Positions 33,962 to 46,032 of a DNA stretch of 64,000 bases are shown here, piece by piece (positions within the stretch are counted from its first letter, which is position 1; each line of letters starts with the position of its first letter). A program made the position numbers and the translations under genes. The notes under the pieces are model-generated. The model was given only the letters and a program-made list of their open reading frames with translations, searched no databases and was not told the origin of the DNA. Source of the DNA: Cesiribacter sp. (GTDB lineage: Bacteria; Bacteroidota; Bacteroidia; Cytophagales; Cyclobacteriaceae); assembly GCA_030147305.1 (NCBI GenBank), contig JASLAE010000007.1, positions 17,578-81,577 of the forward strand, given 5' to 3'.

Positions 33962-35287
33962 ATGAAAAAATTCTTCACCACCATACGTAATATCTTTTCT
34001 ATTGAAGATCTGAGAACCAGGATACTGAATACCCTGTTTTTTCTGATCATCTTCCGACTAGGAAGTCATATTGTATTACCAGGTACTGACCCTTCTGTAT
34101 TGAACCAGGAAGGCGGCATGGGTGGTATATTTGATCTTCTCAATACATTCCTTGGCGGTGCCTTTAGCAGGGCTTCTGTTTTTGCATTAGGGATTATGCC
34201 TTACATTTCTGCATCCATTGTGGTACAGTTATTAACGGTAGCAGTTCCTTATTTTACAAAATTGCAGAAAGAAGGGGAGTCTGGCCGAAAGAAAATTAAC
34301 CAGATTACCCGGGTCCTTACTATTATCATCACCCTTGCCCAGGGATATGGTTATCTCTCAACAACCATCCCTGCAGAAGCAGTAACCATGGGTTCTACTT
34401 TCTGGTGGACCATGACGAATATGATTGTACTCACCGCTGGTACTATGTTTGTGATGTGGCTGGGTGAGAAAATTACAGACAGAGGCATTGGTAATGGTAT
34501 TTCCATGCTCATTATGATTGGTATTATTTCGGTACTACCAGGTGCTTTATGGGCAGAAGGCTTAAGCCGTGGTGGTAGTGAATTACTGTTTTTCATTCTG
34601 GAACTGATTGCACTGTTCTTTGTGGTAATGGCTGTTGTGATGCTTACGCAGGCAACGAGAAGAATACCCATACAGTATGCCAAGCAGGTGATCGGTGGTA
34701 AGGTATATGGCGGTCAGCGTCAGTATATCCCTCTAAAGATCAATGCGGCAGGGGTTATGCCAATTATCTTTGCACAATCGCTGATGTTCCTTCCCGGCCT
34801 GATTGCAGGTATTTGGGCGGATACCAGTGATATTGCACAATCAATCGGCAATACCTTCAACACTTATACCTCTTGGCAGTATAATCTGGTGTTTGGTTTA
34901 CTGATCCTGATCTTTACGTTCTTTTATACAGCAATTACAGTTAACCCAACACAAATTGCTGATGATTTGAAGAGAAATGGCGGTTTTGTACCAGGCATCA
35001 AACCTGGTAAAGACACCAGTCACTTTATAGACAGCGTCCTTACAAGAATTACCTTACCGGGTGCAATTTTTCTGGCACTGGTAGCTATCATGCCGGCATT
35101 GGCAGTACAGGCTGGAGTAAGTCAGCAGTTTGCTCAGTTCTATGGTGGCACCTCTTTGTTGATCATGGTCGGTGTAATTCTTGATACCCTTAACCAAATC
35201 AACAGCTATCTGCTAATGCGTCACTACGAAGGCATGATGAAATCAGGCAAGATTCGTGGCAAATCTGAAAATGTGGCTGTAGCTTAA
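33962..35287 (+). CDS. secY: Preprotein translocase subunit SecY
   Basis: SVFALGIMPYISASI, GIGNGIS and GGTSLLI motifs; multi-TM. Confidence 0.99.
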   Translation: MKKFFTTIRNIFSIEDLRTRILNTLFFLIIFRLGSHIVLPGTDPSVLNQEGGMGGIFDLLNTFLGGAFSRASVFALGIMPYISASIVVQLLTVAVPYFTKLQKEGESGRKKINQITRVLTIIITLAQGYGYLSTTIPAEAVTMGSTFWWTMTNMIVLTAGTMFVMWLGEKITDRGIGNGISMLIMIGIISVLPGALWAEGLSRGGSELLFFILELIALFFVVMAVVMLTQATRRIPIQYAKQVIGGKVYGGQRQYIPLKINAAGVMPIIFAQSLMFLPGLIAGIWADTSDIAQSIGNTFNTYTSWQYNLVFGLLILIFTFFYTAITVNPTQIADDLKRNGGFVPGIKPGKDTSHFIDSVLTRITLPGAIFLALVAIMPALAVQAGVSQQFAQFYGGTSLLIMVGVILDTLNQINSYLLMRHYEGMMKSGKIRGKSENVAVA

Positions 35288-36060
35288 TGGTCTGGTTGAA
35301 AGGAGAAGAGGAGCTGGCCCTTATAAAAGAGGGAGCTGAGATTTTAGGTAAAGCTCATGCTGAAGTTGCTGCAAAGGTTAAGCCTGGTGTTACCACTGAG
35401 GTACTCGACAAAATTGCAGAAACATTTATCAGAGATCATGGAGCTACTCCTTCTTTCAAAGGGTACAACGGATTTAAACATGCCCTGTGTATTTCACCCA
35501 ACGAACAGGTTGTTCATGGAATTCCGGGTAAGTATGAACTAAAAGAAGGAGATATTGTTTCCATAGATTGTGGAGTCTTTTATAAGGGATTTCACAGTGA
35601 CAGTGCTTACACATATGGTGTAGGTGAAATTGATCAGAAGGTTGCTGAACTACTGCAGGATACAATTACATCCCTGTACCTGGGCATCGAACAAGCCGTT
35701 GCCGGGAGAAGGACAGGAGATATAGGATTTGCTATTCAGTCATTTGTAGAGGCCAAGGGATATAGTGTAGTGCGAGAGTTGGTAGGGCATGGTGTTGGGA
35801 AACATCTGCACGAAGAACCTGAAGTGCCAAACTATGGCAAGCGCGGCAAAGGCCAGCTCCTCAAAAAAGGGATGGTAATAGCCATTGAGCCGATGATCAA
35901 TTTAGGCAAGCGCAATGTAGTTCAGGAAAGCGATGGTTGGACAATACGTACAGCGGACCGTTTACCTTCTGCTCATTTTGAACATACAGTTGTTGTGTTA
36001 GAAGGAAAAGCTGAAATATTGACAACACATAAATACATAGAAGAAGTACTCGCTAAATAG
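35287..36060 (+). CDS. map: Methionine aminopeptidase type I
   Basis: VVHGIP, GHGVG...HEEP, AIEPM and SAHFEHT motifs. Confidence 0.98.
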   Translation: MVWLKGEEELALIKEGAEILGKAHAEVAAKVKPGVTTEVLDKIAETFIRDHGATPSFKGYNGFKHALCISPNEQVVHGIPGKYELKEGDIVSIDCGVFYKGFHSDSAYTYGVGEIDQKVAELLQDTITSLYLGIEQAVAGRRTGDIGFAIQSFVEAKGYSVVRELVGHGVGKHLHEEPEVPNYGKRGKGQLLKKGMVIAIEPMINLGKRNVVQESDGWTIRTADRLPSAHFEHTVVVLEGKAEILTTHKYIEEVLAK

Positions 36061-36061
36061 T

Positions 36062-36280
36062 ATGGCCAAACAATCCTCAATAACGCAGGATGGTACAATT
36101 GTCGAAGCGCTCTCTAATGCGATGTTTCGCGTAGAACTAGAAAACGGGCACCAGGTAATTGCACATATTTCCGGGAAGATGCGCATGAATTACATCAAAA
36201 TCCTTCCAGGAGACCGAATTAAGTTGGAAATGTCGCCATATGATTTATCGAAAGGAAGAATCGTTTACCGATATAAATAA
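36062..36280 (+). CDS. infA: Translation initiation factor IF-1
   Basis: AHISGKMR and [10 protein letters not shown] motifs. Confidence 0.99.
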   Translation: MAKQSSITQDGTIVEALSNAMFRVELENGHQVIAHISGKMRMNYIKILPGDRIKLEMSPYDLSKGRIVYRYK

Positions 36281-36286
36281 GCAGCG

Positions 36287-36403
36287 ATGAAAGTTAAAGC
36301 GTCTGTAAAAAAGCGTAGTGCCGACTGCAAGATCATACGCAGAAAAGGCAAGATCTACGTGATCAACAAAAAGAACCCTAGGTTTAAACAAAGACAAGGA
36401 TAA
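36287..36403 (+). CDS. rpmJ: 50S ribosomal protein L36
   Basis: Read manually: [38 protein letters not shown] (38 aa). Confidence 0.97.
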   Translation: MKVKASVKKRSADCKIIRRKGKIYVINKKNPRFKQRQG

Positions 36404-36405
36404 GT

Positions 36406-36783
36406 ATGGCCCGTATTGCAGGAGTAGACATTCCGGATAATAAGAGAGGCGAGATCAGCCTAACCTACATCTTTGGCATTGGCCGTAGCTCTGCTCGTAC
36501 AATTCTGGAGCAGGCAAATGTAGATCTGAACAAGAAAGTGCGCGACTGGTCGGAAGACGAAGCTGGCGCTGTTCGTGCTGTTATCACCAACGAGTTCAAG
36601 ACCGAAGGTGTACTGAAATCTGAAATTCAGCTCAACATCAAGCGTCTGATGGACATCGGTTCCTATCGTGGCCTGCGCCATCGTAAAGGTCTTCCTGTTC
36701 GTGGTCAGAAGACCAAGAACAATGCTCGTACACGTAAAGGTAAACGTAAGACTGTAGCCAATAAGAAAAAAGCTACTAAATAA
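36406..36783 (+). CDS. rpsM: 30S ribosomal protein S13
   Basis: ARIAGVDIP and [18 protein letters not shown] motifs. Confidence 0.99.
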   Translation: MARIAGVDIPDNKRGEISLTYIFGIGRSSARTILEQANVDLNKKVRDWSEDEAGAVRAVITNEFKTEGVLKSEIQLNIKRLMDIGSYRGLRHRKGLPVRGQKTKNNARTRKGKRKTVANKKKATK

Positions 36784-36793
36784 GGTTTAGGAC

Positions 36794-37186
36794 ATGGCTC
36801 AAAAACGTAAAGACAAGGCTAAAAAACGCGTCGTTGTTGTAGAAGCAATAGGACAGGCGCATATCAAAGCCTCTTTCAATAACATTATCGTTAGCATGAC
36901 CAACGGTAACGGAGAAGTGATCTCTTGGGCATCTGCGGGTAAGATGGGCTTTAAAGGCTCTAAGAAAAACACCCCATATGCTGCACAGGTTGCTGCTACC
37001 AATGCTGCTCAGGCTGCTTATGATCTGGGACTTCGCAAAGTCGAAGTTTATGTAAAAGGACCAGGTGCCGGACGTGAGTCTGCCATCCGTACTATCCAGA
37101 ATGCTGGCATTGATGTAACGGCTATCAGAGACGTTACCCCATTACCACACAATGGATGCCGTCCTCCTAAACGCAGAAGAGTTTAA
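36794..37186 (+). CDS. rpsK: 30S ribosomal protein S11
   Basis: ASFNNII and [18 protein letters not shown] motifs. Confidence 0.99.
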   Translation: MAQKRKDKAKKRVVVVEAIGQAHIKASFNNIIVSMTNGNGEVISWASAGKMGFKGSKKNTPYAAQVAATNAAQAAYDLGLRKVEVYVKGPGAGRESAIRTIQNAGIDVTAIRDVTPLPHNGCRPPKRRRV

Positions 37187-37211
37187 TACCTGAAAGAGAA
37201 GTGATCTAATA

Positions 37212-37817
37212 ATGGCTAGATATACAGGACCCACTACTAAAATTGCCCGTAGATTCGGAGAACCTATTTTTGGTGCCGACAAAGCACTACAGAAAAAGAA
37301 CTATCCTCCGGGCATGCATGGCCGCGGCCGTCGTAAGAAACAATCTGAGTATGCTGTCCAGCTAATGGAGAAGCAGAAAGCCAAGCATATCTATGGTATC
37401 CTTGAGCGTCAGTTTGCAAACACTTTCGACAAAGCAAGCCGTCTGCCAGGCATTACGGGTGATAACCTTCTTCGGCTGCTGGAAGCACGTTTAGACAATA
37501 CTGTGTATCGTCTGGGCATTGCTCCTACACGTCGTGCTGCACGTCAATTCGTATTGCATAAACACATCCTGGTGAATGGCCAGGTTGTAAATATACCAAG
37601 CTACACCCTGCGCCCCGGCGATCAGATCAGTGTACGTGAAAAATCTAAGTCACTGGAAGCCATCACCAACAGCGTAGCGGCTAGAACTGCTCAGCGTTAC
37701 AACTGGCTGGAGTGGAATGCTTCTGACCTGACTGGAAAATTTGTAGCCCTACCGGCTCGTGAAGATGTTCCTGAGAACATTCGTGAGCAATTGATTGTAG
37801 AGCTTTATTCTAAGTAA
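37212..37817 (+). CDS. rpsD: 30S ribosomal protein S4
   Basis: MARYTGP, LEARLDN and IVELYSK motifs. Confidence 0.99.
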   Translation: MARYTGPTTKIARRFGEPIFGADKALQKKNYPPGMHGRGRRKKQSEYAVQLMEKQKAKHIYGILERQFANTFDKASRLPGITGDNLLRLLEARLDNTVYRLGIAPTRRAARQFVLHKHILVNGQVVNIPSYTLRPGDQISVREKSKSLEAITNSVAARTAQRYNWLEWNASDLTGKFVALPAREDVPENIREQLIVELYSK

Positions 37818-37842
37818 TTTTAAATCTTAATTCCTTTTCTTT

Positions 37843-38832
37843 ATGTCTATACTAGCATTTCAGATGCCCGAAAAGGTTGCCATGGAAAAGGCAGACGACT
37901 TTCGTGGTCTGTTTACTTTCAAACCTCTGGAACCTGGCTACGGTGTGACAATCGGAAATGCACTGCGCAGAATTCTGCTGTCGTCGCTGGAAGGTTATGC
38001 TATTGTTGGTATAAAGATTCCTGGCGTGCTGCATGAGTTCTCATCGATAGAAGGAGTTGTAGAAGATGTAAGTGACATTATCCTTAACCTGAAGCAGGTG
38101 CGTTTTAGAAAAGTAGCGGATGTGGTAGACAACCAGTTTACCGTTCACGTGAAAAACCAAAAGCAACTCAAAGCAGGTCAGCTGGTAAATGCACAAAAAG
38201 GTTATCAGGTATTGAATCCTGAGCTGGTTATCTTCAACTCCGACGAAGCTGTAGATCTGGAGATAGAGATCTATGTAGAGAAAGGCCGTGGTTATGTTCC
38301 TGCAGATGAAAATAAGCCATCTGATCAGGCATTCGGCTACATCGCTACTGATGCAATCTTTACTCCAATCAAAAATGTACAGTATCGTATCGAGAATACT
38401 CGCGTAGAGCAAAAAACTGACTACGAGCAACTGGTACTCGACATCGAGACAGATGGCTCTGTACATCCTGAAAAAGCGCTGCAGGGTGCTGCGAATATTC
38501 TTATTCAGCACTTCATGCTCTTCTCTGATCAGAACATGGTACTTGAGTCTGGTGCTCAGGGCGAACCGGAAGCTGTTGACGAGGAAATGCTGCACATGCG
38601 CAAAATGCTCAAGACTGCACTCAACGATCTTGACCTATCTGTTCGTGCCTACAATTGTTTAAAAGCAGCTGATGTGCGTACCCTGGGAGATCTTGTAACA
38701 CTTGAGATTTCTGATATGATGAAATTCCGCAACTTCGGTAAGAAGTCGCTGGCCGAACTGGAGCAGCTTGTCGCTGAAAAAGGACTGGTTTTCGGCATGG
38801 ATATATCCAAGTACAAACTTGATGAGGATTAA
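37843..38832 (+). CDS. rpoA: RNA polymerase alpha subunit
   Basis: [31 protein letters not shown] and NFGKKSL motifs. Confidence 0.99.
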   Translation: MSILAFQMPEKVAMEKADDFRGLFTFKPLEPGYGVTIGNALRRILLSSLEGYAIVGIKIPGVLHEFSSIEGVVEDVSDIILNLKQVRFRKVADVVDNQFTVHVKNQKQLKAGQLVNAQKGYQVLNPELVIFNSDEAVDLEIEIYVEKGRGYVPADENKPSDQAFGYIATDAIFTPIKNVQYRIENTRVEQKTDYEQLVLDIETDGSVHPEKALQGAANILIQHFMLFSDQNMVLESGAQGEPEAVDEEMLHMRKMLKTALNDLDLSVRAYNCLKAADVRTLGDLVTLEISDMMKFRNFGKKSLAELEQLVAEKGLVFGMDISKYKLDED

Positions 38833-38838
38833 GGTACA

Positions 38839-39375
38839 ATGAGACACGGTAAGAAAATAAATCACCTCAGCAGAACTGCTCCGCATCGGAAAGCGATGCT
38901 TTCTAACATGGCAGCTTCTCTGATCTTACACAAGCGCATTACAACTACTTTGGCGAAAGCTAAAGCGCTGCGTAAGTATGTAGAACCGCTTATAACGAAA
39001 GCAAAGGACAATACTACCCATTCCAGAAGGGTTGCGTTCTCTTATCTGCAAAGCAAAGAAGCTACTTCAGAACTTTTCAGTTCAGTAGCCGATAAAGTTT
39101 CAACACGCCCCGGAGGTTATACCCGCATCATCCGTATCGGGAACCGCCTTGGTGATAATGCTGAAACCTGTATGATGGAGCTTGTAGATTTCAATGAGCT
39201 GCTAAAAACAGATACTGCTACACCTGCAAAAGGTAAAGCAAAACGCACCCGTCGTGCCGGCCGTGGTAAAGCTGCTGAAGGCACTGCCCCTGAGGCAAAA
39301 GCTACAGAAGCAAAAGCCACAGAAGCAAAGGCTAAACCAGCCAAAGGCGATGAAGATAAAAATGCTGATGCTTGA
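38839..39375 (+). CDS. rplQ: 50S ribosomal protein L17 with low-complexity C-terminal tail
   Basis: [15 protein letters not shown] and RPGGYTRI motifs. Confidence 0.98.
   Translation: MRHGKKINHLSRTAPHRKAMLSNMAASLILHKRITTTLAKAKALRKYVEPLITKAKDNTTHSRRVAFSYLQSKEATSELFSSVADKVSTRPGGYTRIIRIGNRLGDNAETCMMELVDFNELLKTDTATPAKGKAKRTRRAGRGKAAEGTAPEAKATEAKATEAKAKPAKGDEDKNADA
39292..39336 (+). repeat. Three imperfect 15-bp tandem units encoding [15 protein letters not shown]
   Basis: GAGGCAAAAGCTACA / GAAGCAAAAGCCACA / GAAGCAAAGGCTAAA. Confidence 0.8.
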
Positions 39376-39397
39376 TGCAAAATGCATTGATATATTT

Positions 39398-39432
39398 AAA
39401 AAGGGATTAGGCTTTGGCTTAATCCCTTTTTT
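39398..39432 (+). terminator. Intrinsic terminator ending the alpha cluster
   Basis: AAAAAGGGATTAGGC-TTTG-GCTTAATCCCTTTTTT. Confidence 0.85.
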
Positions 39433-39492
39433 ATTGCCCTAAAAGGCATCATAAACTTATTTGATGTAAATTTGCGCTGATACTAAGGAAGC

Positions 39493-40593
39493 ATGAAATA
39501 CTACACGAAAAAGCCCGCGATTCTTATGTTAAAGGACGGAACTGTTTATTACGGTTCGTCCATTGGAAAAAATGGTACAGGCGGTGGAGAAATCTGCTTT
39601 AACACAAGTATGACCGGTTATCAGGAAGTATATACTGATCCTTCTTACTTCGGTCAGGTTATTGTGAATACAGCAGCACATATTGGTAATTATGGTGTGA
39701 TGGACCTGGAGCAGGAATCTGCTAAGCCTACCATCAGTGGTTTGGTTGTAAACAACTTCTCCACCATCAGCAGCCGTAAAACCGCCAGTGACCGGCTGCA
39801 GGAGTACCTGGATAAAAATGGTATCGTAGGCATTGCCGATGTTGATACGCGGGCCTTGGTACGTCATATTCGCCAAAAGGGCGCCATGAATTGTATTATC
39901 TCTTCAGAAATACTGGATCCAGAGGTGCTGAAAGCCGAGCTGGATAAGGTGCCGGATATGGAGGGTCTTGAACTATCCAGTCAGGTAACGACTAAAGATA
40001 CCTATGAGCTTGGACCAGAAGCAGGGGAATATAAGATTGCTGTGCTGGACCTGGGTATCAAGAAAAGCATATTGTCTAATCTTACAGAGCGGGGCTGCAG
40101 GCTTAAGGTATTTCCAGCCAGAACACCTTATGAAGAGATTGCCAAATGGGAACCTAATGGCTACTTTATCTCTAATGGACCTGGCGATCCGGGTGCCATG
40201 CCTTATGCAGTAGATACCGTAAAAAGTATGCTGCAAAGTGATAAACCTCTTTTTGGTATATGCCTGGGCCATCAGGTGCTGGGACTTGCCATTGGTGCAC
40301 CCACCTATAAAATGCACCACGGGCATAGGGGCGCTAACCAACCTGTAAAAAATCTTGTTACAGGCCGTAGTGAAGTTACCTCACAAAATCATGGTTTTGC
40401 AGTTGATACAGAAGCAATCAAGGAGCAGGATCGTGTTACGGTAACACATGTGAACTTAAATGATGGTACGGTAGAAGGTTTTGAAATTAAGGACAAACCA
40501 GCTTTTTCGGTTCAATACCACCCGGAATCTTCACCCGGCCCGCATGATTCGCGGTATCTTTTTGATCATTTCATTGAACTATTAAACGAATAA
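39493..40593 (+). CDS. carA: Carbamoyl-phosphate synthase small subunit
   Basis: FNTSMTGYQE, SNGPGDP, GICLGHQ and QYHPE motifs; TAAATTTG -7 box at 39467-39474. Confidence 0.98.
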   Translation: MKYYTKKPAILMLKDGTVYYGSSIGKNGTGGGEICFNTSMTGYQEVYTDPSYFGQVIVNTAAHIGNYGVMDLEQESAKPTISGLVVNNFSTISSRKTASDRLQEYLDKNGIVGIADVDTRALVRHIRQKGAMNCIISSEILDPEVLKAELDKVPDMEGLELSSQVTTKDTYELGPEAGEYKIAVLDLGIKKSILSNLTERGCRLKVFPARTPYEEIAKWEPNGYFISNGPGDPGAMPYAVDTVKSMLQSDKPLFGICLGHQVLGLAIGAPTYKMHHGHRGANQPVKNLVTGRSEVTSQNHGFAVDTEAIKEQDRVTVTHVNLNDGTVEGFEIKDKPAFSVQYHPESSPGPHDSRYLFDHFIELLNE

Positions 40594-40599
40594 ACCTGA

Positions 40600-41889
<1,290 letters not shown>

Positions 41890-41916
41890 TGATCAACGAT
41901 CTGTAGAATACTTTAT

Positions 41917-41944
41917 AAAACGGGCTTACTTAAAGCCCGTTTTT
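41917..41944 (+). terminator. Intrinsic terminator after eno
   Basis: AAAACGGGCTT-loop-AAGCCCGTTTTT. Confidence 0.7.
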
Positions 41945-41980
41945 CTTTTTTGTGTATATTTATCTTTAGGTTCTTCAGCT

Positions 41981-42286
41981 ATGTCATTACTTAGTAAAAC
42001 TCCCCGTTTTCTGCGCAACATTTATGTGCTCACTTTTATTGGCTATCTTATCTGGATGCTGTTTCTGGATGCCAATAATATTCCTAATCAGCTGCAGACC
42101 CGGGTAAAGCTGGCGCGCCTGGTAGATGAAAAAGAGTACTATCAGGAAAAAATTCTGGAAGTAAACCAGGATCGGGAAGAGCTGTTGAGTGATGAGGCGC
42201 TGCTCGAGAAATTTGCCAGGGAAAAATACCTGATGAGAAAGCCTAAAGAAGATGTTTACGTTATCGTAGAAGAAAATGAAAAATAA
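41981..42286 (+). CDS. FtsB/DivIC-like septum formation initiator
   Basis: N-terminal TM, coiled coil and LEKFAREKYLM...EDVY motif; follows eno; ATG at 41981. Confidence 0.88.
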   Translation: MSLLSKTPRFLRNIYVLTFIGYLIWMLFLDANNIPNQLQTRVKLARLVDEKEYYQEKILEVNQDREELLSDEALLEKFAREKYLMRKPKEDVYVIVEENEK

Positions 42287-42887
42287 ATCATGCCTTGTCT
42301 TGCTCCTTTTTCTTCTGCTGTCCTTCACTGCCTGGTCGCAGGACGATGACTATTATATAGAAGAGGAGGAAGAAACTGAGGAACAAACAGAAGCGCAGGA
42401 AACCAAAGAGGAAGTAGCGCCGCAGGAAGAAGAAAGCAGCTGGCGGGATAAAGTATTTTTTGGCGGCGGCGGTGGCCTTCAGTTTTCTAATATTGGCACC
42501 TATATCACGGTCATGCCCTCGGTGGGGTATAGGATTACACCCAAACTGCATGCGGGCATTATGGGCACCTACCAGTTTATCCGCTACCGGCAAATAAAGG
42601 TATCTGCCAATAACTATGGAGCTAGCTTATTTGCACGTTATTTTGTGCTGCAACAGGTATATCTGACTACAGAATACGAGCAGATAAATTACCAGTATAT
42701 TTATGCCGACGGGTCTAAAAGGCGCCAGTGGGTAGACCGCATGCTGGTAGGTGCCGGTTATTTTCAACCCAATCCCAGGGGAAGAGGCGGTTTTCATATC
42801 GGCATACTCTATGATCTCTATTATACTTCGCGTGCTGATTATCCATACCAGTCTCCGCTTGTCTATCGGGTAGGTATAATCTTTTAA
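42276..42887 (+). CDS. Putative outer-membrane beta-barrel protein
   Basis: Signal peptide, acidic linker, alternating aromatic beta-strands and C-terminal Phe (YRVGIIF). Confidence 0.65.
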   Translation: MKNKSCLVLLLFLLLSFTAWSQDDDYYIEEEEETEEQTEAQETKEEVAPQEEESSWRDKVFFGGGGGLQFSNIGTYITVMPSVGYRITPKLHAGIMGTYQFIRYRQIKVSANNYGASLFARYFVLQQVYLTTEYEQINYQYIYADGSKRRQWVDRMLVGAGYFQPNPRGRGGFHIGILYDLYYTSRADYPYQSPLVYRVGIIF

Positions 42888-43978
42888 GCCTGAGGCTCCA
42901 GCTGCTGTACAGCTAGTTTTACTGCTAGTTGCCTTAAGTCCTCGGCCACTGGGGCCAGTAGGGGTATACCTTCTTTCAAGCGGATCTGTTCCATCTCTCT
43001 TTCAGGATCGCCGGGAATCAAAACCTTTTCATGCCCTGCTATGGTTCTGGCAGAACGAAAACGCCTGATCCAGGTATCCATATTAGCTTTAAATTCCTCT
43101 GCCGGGCGGAATGCATCTATGCGCATGGCACCAAAGAAGTGACCTATACCTTCGCCTACCAGGTTGGGTGCTAGCGGTAAAAAAGCTACAAAAGGAGGAA
43201 CCCAGGGACCATAATTGGCGCCCGACAATACGCCACTGAATATGTCCACAATACTTCCCAGGCAATAGCCTTTGTGACTGCCCCTTTCTATATCGCTGCC
43301 CAGCGGTAAGAGGGCACCACCCTCTTTAAGCTCATTTGGATTGATGCTGCTCTCCCCCGCAGCATCCTGAACCCAACCTGTAGGGGTGGGCTGCTGCTTT
43401 CGCTGCAGTATCTCCAACTTGCCATTAGCAGCTGTGGTGGTTGCAAAATCGGCTACAAAAGGGGGCTCTTCCCCGGCGGGTACGGCTACTGCAATAGGGT
43501 TAGTCCCCAGCATGCGTTCTGTGGCAAAGGTAGGAGCAACCAGCGGGCTGGCATTCGTCATCGCCATGCCAATCATGTTGTGGGGCAGGGCCTGCATGGC
43601 ATGATAGCCGGCAATACCAAAGTGGTTGGAATTTCGTACGGCTACCCAGCCGGTGCCACAGGTCTGTGCTTTCTGAATGGCTAGGTCAATGGCTGCAGGA
43701 CCGCTTACCAGCCCCAGCGACCCATCTGCATCCAACACAGCAGTGCTGGGCGTTTCGTGTACAGTTTTAATGTTGGGCCGGGCATTGATTCGTTTGGCCT
43801 CCCATAGCCTTACATAGCCAGACAAACGGGCTACCCCATGCGAATCTATGCCCCGTAAGTCTGCACTCAGCAGTACTTTTGCCGCCAGCTTTGCTTCCGG
43901 GGCCGGGCAGTTCATAGCATGAAAGATGTTTTCTGTGAACAGGAGCAGGTCCTGGTATGTATAGGTCGTGGTAGCCAT
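42884..43978 (-). CDS. Ldh_2-family (malate/L-lactate type 2) oxidoreductase
   Basis: ADLRGIDSHG, NSNHFGIAG, GTNPIA and HKGYCL motifs. Confidence 0.93.
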   Translation of the reverse strand: MATTTYTYQDLLLFTENIFHAMNCPAPEAKLAAKVLLSADLRGIDSHGVARLSGYVRLWEAKRINARPNIKTVHETPSTAVLDADGSLGLVSGPAAIDLAIQKAQTCGTGWVAVRNSNHFGIAGYHAMQALPHNMIGMAMTNASPLVAPTFATERMLGTNPIAVAVPAGEEPPFVADFATTTAANGKLEILQRKQQPTPTGWVQDAAGESSINPNELKEGGALLPLGSDIERGSHKGYCLGSIVDIFSGVLSGANYGPWVPPFVAFLPLAPNLVGEGIGHFFGAMRIDAFRPAEEFKANMDTWIRRFRSARTIAGHEKVLIPGDPEREMEQIRLKEGIPLLAPVAEDLRQLAVKLAVQQLEPQA

Positions 43979-44047
43979 ATGCCTGTATTGTGCTTGCTCT
44001 CCCTTGCGGAGGCTTAAAAACGCGGCAATTTAAGGCTTTTATAAATG

Positions 44048-45040
44048 TTAGGAGAAACTCTGTCCTAAAAAGTTGGGCTTAGCCATGCCGGATTTTCTGC
44101 GCTGTGGTGTAGCAAGCGGCCGGTTGATGATCTGGCCTAACAATCCCTCTTTCAGGGCATAGGTCGATACACGTATGCTGTTGATATGATAGGTTTCCAG
44201 CACAAAACGAATAAGGCAGGACGCCACCACAATCATGTCAACCCGCAGGGGAATCATGCCAGGAATAAGCAGGCGTTCTGCTTTATCCTTGACCAGTAGC
44301 TCTTCATGAATAGCATAGTAGGCATTCATGGTCAGAGGTAATTCAGTGGCTATGAGATCTCTTTCTATATTATTTTCCTGGCAATAGATATCGCTTAAAG
44401 TGTCGAAAGAGCCGCTTGAACCCACAAGTACGGTAGGACTAAAAGCCGCAACAGCCTCGGTAAGCGGCTTTAGCTTTTCAGCTAAATATTGCTGCAGGCG
44501 CAACACTTCGGCTGGAAGCATCGGGTCGTGGTGATGAAAAAGGTCTAATAAGCGTTGGGCACCGATTTCAAAGCTTTGTTTGTAAAAAGCTTGGTGTGCA
44601 TCGGCAATAATAAATTCTACACTACCGCCGCCAATGTCCATGATCAGGCTTTTATGCTGGCCAAGATTCAAGGCTCTGCGCACGCCCAGATAAATTAACT
44701 CAGCTTCCTCTTCTCCGGAAATTACCTGCACCTGAATGCCTGTTTCCTGGAAAATTTTCTGGGTAATGGCGTCGCTGTTGGTCGCGTTGCGGATTGCGCT
44801 GGTTGCAGTAGCATAAACCTCTTTAACTGCCTGCTCCTCTATGATTTTGCTAAAGTGCTTAAGCGCCGCGATGGCTCTTGCCTGTGCCTCTTCTATGATG
44901 ATGCTGGCATTGATACCACCTTCGCCAATTTTTACCGCTACTTTTTCACGATGCAATAGTTCTGTCCGTTGCCCGTAAACACGGGCAATTAGCAAATGGA
45001 AGGTATTGGTACCTAAATCTATGACAGCTACTTTACGCAT
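44048..45040 (-). CDS. Ppx/GppA family phosphatase (short form)
   Basis: VIDLGTNTFHL, ATSAIR, ISGEEEA, DIGGGSVE and LKEG motifs; ATG at 45040; TATATTTG -7 box at 45066-45059. Confidence 0.93.
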   Translation of the reverse strand: MRKVAVIDLGTNTFHLLIARVYGQRTELLHREKVAVKIGEGGINASIIIEEAQARAIAALKHFSKIIEEQAVKEVYATATSAIRNATNSDAITQKIFQETGIQVQVISGEEEAELIYLGVRRALNLGQHKSLIMDIGGGSVEFIIADAHQAFYKQSFEIGAQRLLDLFHHHDPMLPAEVLRLQQYLAEKLKPLTEAVAAFSPTVLVGSSGSFDTLSDIYCQENNIERDLIATELPLTMNAYYAIHEELLVKDKAERLLIPGMIPLRVDMIVVASCLIRFVLETYHINSIRVSTYALKEGLLGQIINRPLATPQRRKSGMAKPNFLGQSFS

Positions 45041-45341
45041 TTTATGAAAAAACTTCGGCAAATATAGCGATTAAGCAAAGATCAAGCGTTCGTTTATATA
45101 ATCTGAACGCAGAAATCTTTTTAATTTATGATAATAAAGTCCTGTATTTTAAATCGCTAAAATTATGCCACTGTTTAATTAATACGTAATTAGCCCTACA
45201 AAGTGTCATTTTTGTGTATTTCGTGCTGCTGTATTATTAATTTGCCAGTGGAGATTAACCTTGGTAATGGAACTTCGTTTACATTTACCGATTCAGCAAC
45301 AGACATGTGGGTTAGCTTTGCCTGATTAAAATTTATATTCT

Positions 45342-45956
45342 ATGGGGAACAGCCTTGATAGCGCACCTGCCCTTATTTATATACCAGACATCAATGGATT
45401 TACCGCCTATATCAGCAGAACGGATATTAGAATTGCTAAAAAAGTAATACCGGCCCTGCTTGAGACAATTATTGAGCAAAACGAACTGGGGCTCAAACTG
45501 GTGGAAATACAGGGAGATGCTATCCTTTTCTACCGCATTGGGGATCCGCCTACTCCCTTTGAAATGGTTTCTCAGTCCAAGCGTATTTTTTCGGCTTTTA
45601 CCGAAAAGCTTGAGGAACTGAGCAATCTGTTTCCGGAGGAGGCCATGTCGTTGCCCGACAGCCTGGGTATTAAAATCCTGGCCCATTACGGCAAAATTGC
45701 TATCACAAAAATCCGTGGCAATGTACGTTTAATTGGCGAGGACGTAATTATTGCCCACCGATTGTTAAAAAACAGTGTATCTGCCGATGAATACCTGCTC
45801 TTAACCGAGCAATACACGTCCAGGTTTGAAGAGGATGAGTTGGATAAGGTATTTGCCTTTGGTGAACTTCTCCACGGCCAGGACGAATATGAACACATCG
45901 GTGTGGTAAATTACCGATATGCAAGCCTTAAGCCGCTCTTCAGCCGCTCTGTTTAA
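45342..45956 (+). CDS. DUF2652-like, class III nucleotidyl cyclase-fold protein (stand-alone)
   Basis: IPDINGFT, VEIQGDAILF, IKILAHYG and LIGEDVIIAHRLLK parallel the class III cyclase motifs DIxGFT, xxIGD, RIGIHxG and GDTVNxAxR. Confidence 0.8.
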   Translation: MGNSLDSAPALIYIPDINGFTAYISRTDIRIAKKVIPALLETIIEQNELGLKLVEIQGDAILFYRIGDPPTPFEMVSQSKRIFSAFTEKLEELSNLFPEEAMSLPDSLGIKILAHYGKIAITKIRGNVRLIGEDVIIAHRLLKNSVSADEYLLLTEQYTSRFEEDELDKVFAFGELLHGQDEYEHIGVVNYRYASLKPLFSRSV

Positions 45957-46032
45957 TTCCCGGATAACTTAATCATTGTAGCTGCAGCGGCAGCATACAT
46001 TAGCTTCTTTTGCGGCGCTAAATACAATTCCG

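Noticed and set aside
39493..40593. carA without adjacent carB
   Set aside because: Split carA/carB with rplQ-carA-eno order is, to my recollection, ordinary in Bacteroidota.
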